NCBI RefSeq assembly: GCF_000315625.1
Contig: NW_005434581.1
Coordinates: 202,211-247,438 of the forward strand
Direction: 5' to 3'
DNA length: 45,228 bases
Source of the DNA: Guillardia theta CCMP2712
Lineage: Eukaryota; Protista; Cryptophyta
The position numbers and the translations under genes were made by a program. Each line of letters begins with the position of its first letter. The stretch's first letter is position 1. Shown piece by piece: positions 37,317 to 45,228 of this stretch. The notes under the pieces were generated by a model. The model was not told the origin of the DNA. It made no database searches and was given only the letters and a program-made list of their open reading frames with translations.

Positions 37317-37547
37317 CTCAAAGTTAAGTTAAATCTCCACCTTCTCCTTAACCCAGCACCAGTCTGTCTCCTTCTGATACCATGCTGTCAACAAGACTAT
37401 TTTTCTCCGCTTTTGGCCCAATTCTGGTACGATCAGCCTGGCCCGCCAGTGTCCGACAACGGTTTGTAACGGTTCTGCTTTACTCTATCTCAGGTCAAGA
37501 CTCCTGATCCTGATTGTCCTCGTACTGATTTTTAACTTAACTTTGAG
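37317..37547. mobile_element. MITE, 231 bp, TIR CTCAAAGTTAAGTTAAA, TA flanks (Tc1/mariner-type target site)
   Basis: Left TA|CTCAAAGTTAAGTTAAA and right TTTAACTTAACTTTGAG|TA are exact reverse complements; no ORF; right end recurs at 33878 and 15918. Confidence 0.75.
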
Positions 37548-37617
37548 TAAAAGCTATCAGACTTTTTTTAACTTCAAGCGGCGAGTCGGTAACTTGACAT
37601 GATTGACGGCGACCGAG

Positions 37618-40344
37618 TCACTGAGTTCCAAGGCAAGTTCCTTCAGGCTGGATCAGCGCAGACGACAGCATCCTGTCAGAGATGGCAGGTTTGAGTGAAG
37701 GCTCCGACCGTCGGGTCCGATGCCCGGCCCTTCGGCTGCAGTGCAACTCACTGCTCACCTTGGAGCCGTACGCGTTGAAGTAACGAAGCATCTTTCCACC
37801 TTCGTCTTTCCTTGCCTCCCAGAACTTGTTCGACTCTTCCTTCTCTCCTGTCCCCACTGACAGTCAAGCACTGCGGCAAGGCGCCTGAGCGGTCACAAAC
37901 GGAGGTACCAGCAGCTGGAAGCTGTTTGGGGGGCTCGATGGCTACGATGCCAACATTGGATCCCTTGTTCCTGCATGTAGCCCCTGCAGCACGCGAATCT
38001 TGAGGAGAAGAAGCTCGAAGTCAAGTGATACCCGGGGGAAGTCCGAAGATGTTGGGCCCTTGTTTGTATGAGGGGCCATACCCTCCGACGTTCAGATCCC
38101 AACACTCGACCTTGAAAGGTTGGCACTGACTGAGTACAAGAGCGCAAAGCTGCTCGGTCAGTCACAATCTCGCACCTGCCTCCTGTCCAGCTTGGCTTCA
38201 GCTGCGCTAGAGATCAGGACCATAGAGCATCCTTCTGCAAGGTTGATGTTGCAGGCAGAGTAATCATACTCCCTCCGGTCTGAGTCAGTGGGGCAGTTGA
38301 ACTCGATCTCCAGAGGACACTTGCGAACGACATCCATGCACACCTAAGACAAGAGATGACAAGCTGTCAGCCTGCTGGGCCATCAGCCTTACAGGGAAGC
38401 AGGTCTTTAGCACGCAGAAGTCCAACGCAAAGTCTCGAGTCCGAGAGAAGTTGAAGATGCAGCTGCAAGGCAGGAGGTTCAAGGCCAGGAGCCTCCAGGG
38501 GATCACCTACCCTGACGCCTCGATCGCCTGGGTGGCGAGTGTAGTGACGAAACTCTTAGTGGGTTTGGCAGCGATGGCCTCCTGTATGAAAGAGTGTTAC
38601 TGCAAGGCATTCGATGACGACTATGAGTTCACTTCTTGGGTATTTCCTTGTCGCCACGAGCAGTTATGCTGGATCTGCCCAGAATTGTTGGTTGACTCGA
38701 GCGTGTAGATGTTCCACATCTCTTCTAGAGTGCCGTTTGTTCCCTTTTTGTTGTCCACGATTGTGATACTGCAACGTCATAAGAGTTATTGACAGTCCTC
38801 ATCTCCGTGCTGTTTGTTCAGACCCGTCTCGCTGACAACATGCATACTTTGATTCCGGCAATCTCGGATACCCGTTGACGTCAAATAGATTCGCTGCTGT
38901 CTGTGCAAACAGTGAATACAGCAACCCTGCCTCTCAAGCTCCTCAAAGTACCGGAGAGATGTACTTGCTGTCGATCTTGTGGCACTGCTCTGACTCCAGG
39001 CACCTCGTCCCTCCCCTGCAAGGGACTGGCACGATCAGGTGGGAGGGAGCTGGAGGAGCGAGGATCATGACATGAACTCGTTGGGCAGCCAAGCTAAGTC
39101 AGGGTACTGAGCCAGCTCGCAAGGAGCTCCCATGCGCTGCGCTGGGTTCTTGCTGTTCCTGGAGGCACAAACTCAGTAGACGCGTCAGGTCGTCGAGTGT
39201 CAAAACCTGCATTTCCCGCGAGCATCCTCGCTCAAGTAGATGCGATAATTGTCAGTTTCAGTGACCGCTGCTGCTTCCACACGCTGGGAGCCTGCAGGAA
39301 GCTTCCATTTGTCGAACATGGCGAGCCTGAAGCAAAGTGAAGGAGATGAGAAGCAGAGGCCGTTGACAAACCTGGAGAAACCGCTGTACTTGCTGATGAC
39401 TGCCCACTGGCCGTTGGTTTCTGTATCAGAGATAATCTCTATGATGCTGTTGACGTAGAAATCATCTATCGATGACGCCGTGTCATCAAGAAACACGTTG
39501 CCATAGCAACCGTGCTGTATCACCGACATCAGACCCTCGACTCAAAGCCCATTGACCGTACCAAGCTCCCACACGCCATGACAGGATTTTTAATCAGATC
39601 ACTGCTCAGTGTTTTTGGCATCCCATTACAGATCTGGCAAGGATTTTCAAAGGCTTTGGACAGTCGAGAAGTTGAAGGTGTGTCACCTTTGCGAGGTAGA
39701 GGTTTGTTGATGAGGTGCTGTCCTTCAAGTATGATTCAACCTCACACAGCGTTTACGGTCAACGCATGGACCTGGCTTATCTTGCTGCAATCCGCAGGGT
39801 AAGACTTCTTGACTTTGCCTTGCTCAGTCCTCTCTGTTCCAGGGAGGTACATCTTCTTGTAGATCTGGTACAAGAGGGATCAAATTCTGTTTGAAAGAGT
39901 TTCAAGCAAGCCGTTGTATTTCCTGCGAACAGAGCCATCGTTTGTAGGCGTCAGTGCAGTTAGAGCATGTCCAAATCTTGCTGTAGCCTGTGCAGCCGTA
40001 CATGTTCAGGGCTCGTTGAAAGTTTTTGAATGACTCTATCGCAAATCTATGAAAGAGAAATCAGAAGAGTCAGTAGAACTACCTTCACTTCACCTGTTGT
40101 TGCATGACCGGCGGTCTTGCGCATCGCAAGCGGCGGCATAATCGACGTAATCTTGGCAGAAGAAGTACCCATCGCTGTGATTTGCCTCTCTGACGTACTC
40201 GTCCTTGCTCTTGCAGAAGTAGGCGCTCCCTTCTGCTGGGATGAACGCGTGCTCTTTCCCCTCCTTCACCGCGCGATCCCAATCGCCCTGATAGTCAGCG
40301 GAACTTGATGCGAACATGGCTAGGAAGAGCACCGCTGTCATCAT
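37618..40344 (-). CDS. Secreted Cys-rich protein with a split Mid1/FAM155(NALF)-like cysteine-rich domain
   Basis: Signal peptide MMTAVLFLAMFASSSA; exon 1 40344-40094 (FFCQDYVDYA); exon 2 40046-39923 FAIESFKNFQRALNMYGCTGYSKIWTCSNCTDAYKRWLCSQ; exons ~38450-38221 KTCFP|VCMDVVRKCPLEIEFNCP...DYSACN. 3' end approximate. Confidence 0.7.
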
Positions 40345-41412
40345 CCTGCCAGCCTCTCCTCTCTTCCTCTCCTCCCCCTCCTGCCTCCTTCCAGTGTCGG
40401 AGGGATTGACATGTCCAGCAGCTGTCAAGCTTATGACCATCGCCACTCCCTGTCGCCCTTCCCCGCCCTAGGCCAGCAGTGCTGAGGGCCTAGAAAGGAG
40501 TCCTAGCAATTTGCGACTGGGGGAGGTCGTAGGGAGGTCGTAGGGAGGTCGTACGGAGGAGTCGTATTGGAAGGGGAGTTCCTAGCTGAGTCCCTTCATT
40601 GACTCTGCCCGCTGGCTCCCAACAGCCTTGTCATTTGACAGACCGAGGGAATTAGAGAAACTGCCTGCTTCGCTGGTCTCCGGGCCGGGGACTCCGGAGA
40701 CGAGCCTGGGAGTCCGATCAGTGAGTGGCAAAAGCCCCCGAACAGCCGGGCAAGAGTCGCCAAGTCATCATTACTGAAAAGTTACTTCAAGAGTCCGGGG
40801 ACCGTGACAGGCCCCCGATGTCATGCTTTGCGTTCTTGCCAAGTTACTCCCTTGGGATCTCGGTTCCGAGGAGGAAGTCTCAGGCTTCTTTACTCAAAGA
40901 TCAGTTACTGAAAGATCTGGCGGCAGTGATATCCTGATCGGACAGCTGCGGCGAGCCGCAAGAACCGTTGAACGCCGGACAGGCCGAACTTCGAAAGGAG
41001 AACTCCCGAGTCCACTGCCATCCGAGGCTGGAGCCTGCCACCCGGGCCGGTCGGACCGGACTCCCGGGCCTGGGCCAGGGTGAGGAGGCCGGCCGCCCGG
41101 AGCTAAGACTCGCCCCCGTATCATGAAGTGATGAACTTCGGAACGAAACCAAAACAAGTGATCATCGGAATGATCATCGGATGCTCGGTGATGATCGGAC
41201 ACTGAAGTGTTTTCACTGCTTCACTGATAAATTGGTACCGGGTGTCAGGCCGCCCCTGGGCCGCCCGGCGGCGGCGGCCGGGCTACCCGGGCTCCGGATC
41301 ATCGAGTCACTGAGCGGCCTAGAGGTCACTGACGAGGTGTAGGGGTGGTAAGGAGGGTTTTAGATGTTGGTCGGGAGTGGGTGGGTGGTTCATCAGGGAC
41401 TTGCAAAGGACG

Positions 41413-42120
41413 ATGGTGACGGGAAGGGGAGGAAGGGGAGGAGAAGCTCGATATCTGCTATCTGCCGCCATGTTGTTCTACTTCACGGACATGGCATGGT
41501 CATTCGCTCTCAGCGGCATGGGGGGGATGAAGCCTCTGCCTTGCAGACTTGGAACCGAGCGTGCACGCACTTGTTCGATTGATGGGCAAAGGGGGAAGAG
41601 GGGAGGACAGCGAAAGCTATCCCGCACATCGTTGTGCAAGGGGAACGGTGAAGAGAACACAGACGACGCGGCTAGGAGCCTGGAGGGGATGAGCCTGGAG
41701 GAGATCGAGGCCCTTCCCGAGCTGGGGGAGTTGTCGTGCGGGGATCGGCCGCCCATGATCGAAGAGATCATGCAGGAAGACGTGAGGTTCGAGTACAAGA
41801 TGAGGGCCTTGAGAGGAGAGTTCTCTCCCTCTGTCGGCGAGGACACTGAGGACAGCCTTCATCTGGCAGAGGCTCTTCTGAAATTCCCCGGCCCGTGCGA
41901 ACTTAGAGTGGTTGTGCGCAACGAGGGAGAGGTAGCGCAAGAGCTGTCGGGCATGCTGGCGTCTGTGGAAGGCCTGAAGGTCGTCTCCAAGACGCAAGAG
42001 CCTCGGATGGGAGGTAAGTTCCTAGCTGTACAATTCCAAGTTGAGGTGGAATCTGCATTGGTGCGCCAGAGGGCCTTTAAGGTCTTGGAGCAAGACAAGA
42101 GAGTGAAGATGAAGTTTTGA
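41413..42120 (+). CDS. DUF493/YbeD-like (ACT-like fold) protein, probably plastid-targeted
   Basis: Intronless ORF; C-terminal LLKFPGPCELRVV...PRMGGKFLAVQFQVEVES...RAFKVLEQDKRVKMKF resembles the YbeD/DUF493 pattern; leader YLLSAAMLFYFTDMAWS-F plus a basic transit-like region. Confidence 0.75.
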   Translation: MVTGRGGRGGEARYLLSAAMLFYFTDMAWSFALSGMGGMKPLPCRLGTERARTCSIDGQRGKRGGQRKLSRTSLCKGNGEENTDDAARSLEGMSLEEIEALPELGELSCGDRPPMIEEIMQEDVRFEYKMRALRGEFSPSVGEDTEDSLHLAEALLKFPGPCELRVVVRNEGEVAQELSGMLASVEGLKVVSKTQEPRMGGKFLAVQFQVEVESALVRQRAFKVLEQDKRVKMKF

Positions 42121-42823
42121 GCTCGAAGTCCGACATGGGAAGATCGACTTCCTGAGGATGGTTGATTATCGTTGACACGTTAGAGTTCTTGAGTTATCCT
42201 GCGACATAAACATCCTTCGATGTCATGAACACGAAGCAGAAGTTTCTTTCCCTTCTCGAGCATTGATGATAGCATGTTTAACGCAAAACGAGGTATGCTC
42301 AAGAATCTGTCAAAGGCATGGAATCATATCATGAACGACATGATTCTGATGTGACAACCTGACCCTCACCGATTCATGGAAGCACATCCCCTCGCAATCT
42401 CACGCTCCATCAAATAATGTAGGTGTTTCATCTGTCTCTTCTCCTTCCCTTCGTCGCCCTCTCACCATTACCTCCCTCCTCCTCTTCCTCTCTCTTCTCC
42501 TCACACTTCATTCCTCTCCTCCCCTCCTCCCCTTCTGTCTCTCCTCCACTGTCCTTCCCTCATTCTTTCGGGAGGACAGTGGTCGACAGGGAGGGGTACA
42601 TTCACAACGGATTCCAGGGGGGTAGGGTAGCACCACACACGGGCAAAATGGCGGGAACGAGCGATCAGGAGGGGGGGATGGGAGAGGAAGAGGAAGGAGA
42701 GGATGAGGGAGAGGGAGAGGGAGGTGGGGGCGGGTGCGACGGCCGAAGCAGAAAAAAGATAAGAGACTGAAGAGTAGTGGTAGTTAGTTTGAGTGGAGCG
42801 AGAGCGACGGAGGGGGCCCGCCC

Positions 42824-42923
42824 NNNNNNNNNNNNNNNNNNNNNNNNNNNNNNNNNNNNNNNNNNNNNNNNNNNNNNNNNNNNNNNNNNNNNNNNNNNNN
42901 NNNNNNNNNNNNNNNNNNNNNNN
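42824..42923. other. Assembly gap (100 N)
   Basis: N run. Confidence 1.
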
Positions 42924-43049
42924 CCTCCCTTCACGATTTTGTTACCTTCATTCCCTAATCCTCTTCTTTATGTGAAACCTGATTATTATCCTTCTCCTCT
43001 CCCCTTCTCTTTCTGTTTCTCTGTCTTTGTCCTTGCCTCTCTTTTTCAG

Positions 43050-44414
43050 GAACATGGTCATGGACATTGACAGGAACATCCATTTCCGATACGAGAGGGT
43101 TGGGGCAGGCGCGGGCAAGGGCGAGGGAGAGGGAGAGGGAGAGGGAGAGGGAGAGGGAGAGGGAGAGGGAGAGGGAGAGGGAGAGGGAGAGGGAGAGGGA
43201 GAGGGAGATGAAGAGAAGAAATGTAGAGACAGAGCAACAGAGGATGTTGCAACATGTAGCTGTGCACGAGTGCTGTAGCTACAACCGCAGTGATGTGTTG
43301 GTTGTAGGCTGAGGGAGGTCGACAACAGCTGGGCACAACTAACGTTGACATACCGGGGTAAGTCACAAGCTCTGGATGCGCTTTCCCATGATTCAGCTGA
43401 ACTTGTGCTGGACTCAGGTCCCCGATCTCAAATCTTGCGATGCAGTCAAAGTTGGGAGACAGGAAAGCAGTCATGAGGACGAGCAGCAGCGGCTTCGATG
43501 TACGCGAGGCCTTGGTATGTTTCAGCTCACCATGGTTGGTTCAGCAGATGGAGCATGCCGGCAAGCATGCAAGCAAGGTGTCGAGTGCACCTGCTCTTCG
43601 CCGAGTGCTGGGAAGCAAACGGCTGAGGATGGTAGTCTCAAGTGCGTCTGCTTCCTCTGCTGCCCTCCTGTGCATGACCCGAGCGTCAGATTCCTCCAAC
43701 GCAACCCCAGCAAGGCTCAACGTCGCTCTCGGTGGCAGCAAGAGCTTCCAAGATGCCGACGACCATGCTCGAGTCACCATCCGTAACCTCTCCAACGATC
43801 TAGAGCAGAACTCCGCTGCAGGAGGTGAGAGCAGCGGAAGAGAGATGCTGAGCAAGCATGTCGCTCTTCCCCCCCCGTCCTTCTCCTCATTGATGCTCCT
43901 GCCCGGCCGTCGTCTGCCCTGCCTCCTCCTCCTCCTCCTCCTCCTCCTCCTACTACTACTACTACTACTACTACTACTCCTCCTCCTCCTCTACATCCCC
44001 TACCACCACCACCACCACCTCCTCCTCCTCCTACTCCTCTACATCCTCTACCACCACCACCACCTCCTCCTCCTCCTACTCCTCCCCCTCGTCCCTCTTT
44101 CATTTCGCTGCCTCCTTACTGTCTGCTTCCTCAACCTCTCTGACTCATCGTCTCGCTGGTCGTCCGCCTGACTATTTTGCAGTGATGGAGTCGCCCATGC
44201 TCAAGGAAGAAGTTCCTCTGGTCACTCCTTCACCCATGTCGATTCGCACACCGATGGCGCCAAGCAAGCAAGTGGCAAACCAAGTCAGGTGTGAGATGAG
44301 GGAGGGGGGGGGGAGAGAGGGAATGTTGAGAAGTAGGAGACGATGCTTTGATGATGGAGATGGAGATGGAGATGGAGATGGAGATGGAGATGGAGATGGA
44401 GATGGAGATGGAGA

Positions 44415-44447
<33 letters not shown>

Positions 44448-45013
44448 TGATAATGATGATGACGATGACAAGATTACTGTGAATAACATCATGCATGGAG
44501 ACGATCAGTTTTTTTTACGATTCTCCATTCATCATGATGTGTCAACTGTCAAGCTAACGAATATCAATAGATATCTTGGTCAGCTGGACGACGAGGTTGG
44601 AAGTTCTGAAGACTCCGCACAAGGTCTGGAATGTTTCTCTCCCCCCCCCCTCCCCTTACCTTGTCTTCTAGAACATGGTAGTTCTCCTACACAAGACAGC
44701 AGGGTAGGAGGAGAAGGCACAGGCGGTTGAGATCAGCTTATCAATTCCTTTCCAGGCTGAAGACGAAAAGACAAGCAAGCTTCCCAAGAGAAGTCTGTTT
44801 GACATCAGCTCTTGAATCCATCCTTCTGTCCTCCATCGCCACATCATCCCACACTTTGTTTGCTTGCTGTTCTTCTCGTTTGTTCCCACTCTGCTTTTCT
44901 TGTGTATTTTCGTCTGCTAATACTAGTCTCACCTGAATTTTCCAACTTGTTGTCATTGTGATTGTTAGACTTGTATGATATGTTTCTTTTAAAAGTATTT
45001 ATGGAAGTGTCCG

Positions 45014-45051
<38 letters not shown>

Positions 45052-45228
45052 CAACTCCGCCACAGGATCCCTATCCCCTCCAGCCCGTCTTCGAGCACTA
45101 CATCATCCTCTTGTGCAAGATGCTTGCTCCATGCTCGTTCCATTCCTCCGCCGACACCCACATGGACTGTTGGAACTTTCAGAACTTCGACACCCACCTC
45201 CCCTCCCCTCCCCTTCTACGTCCTGTTC
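43050..45228 (+). CDS. Probable multi-exon hypothetical protein, ends unresolved
   Basis: Coding-like blocks bounded by AG/GT: ~43544-43823 (MEHAGKHASKVSSAPALRRVLGSKRLRM...), ~44182-44288 (MESPMLKEEVPLVTPSPMSIRTPMAP), ~44584-44625; repeat-filled introns between. Confidence 0.35.
44355..44470. repeat. (GGAGAT)n/(GAC)n compound microsatellite
   Basis: Visible. Confidence 0.95.

Overview
Intron-rich eukaryotic nuclear DNA. Short GT-AG introns, microsatellite-filled introns and bipartite signal+Phe plastid leaders point to an alga with a red-derived complex plastid; it looks cryptophyte/Guillardia-like (inference). Recognisable genes: a probably plastid-targeted transaldolase, NOP10, two head-to-head adenylate kinase copies, ELP2 (Elongator WD40 subunit), a DUF493/YbeD-like protein, a Cys-rich type I membrane protein and three near-identical PAS-domain genes. 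Most notable: (1) a secreted protein at ~37.6-40.3 kb (-) carrying both halves of a Mid1/FAM155(NALF)-type cysteine-rich domain, split by a large insertion, i.e. a candidate Cch1/NALCN-type channel auxiliary subunit outside fungi and animals; (2) a ~9 kb degenerate palindrome PAS-ADK|ADK-PAS in which one ADK has a broken P-loop and both ADKs have a hidden last exon encoding a putative tail anchor, behind a splice donor that overlaps a stop codon; (3) a TA-flanked MITE family. Four assembly gaps. Gene models were spliced by hand; ends of the hypothetical genes are approximate.
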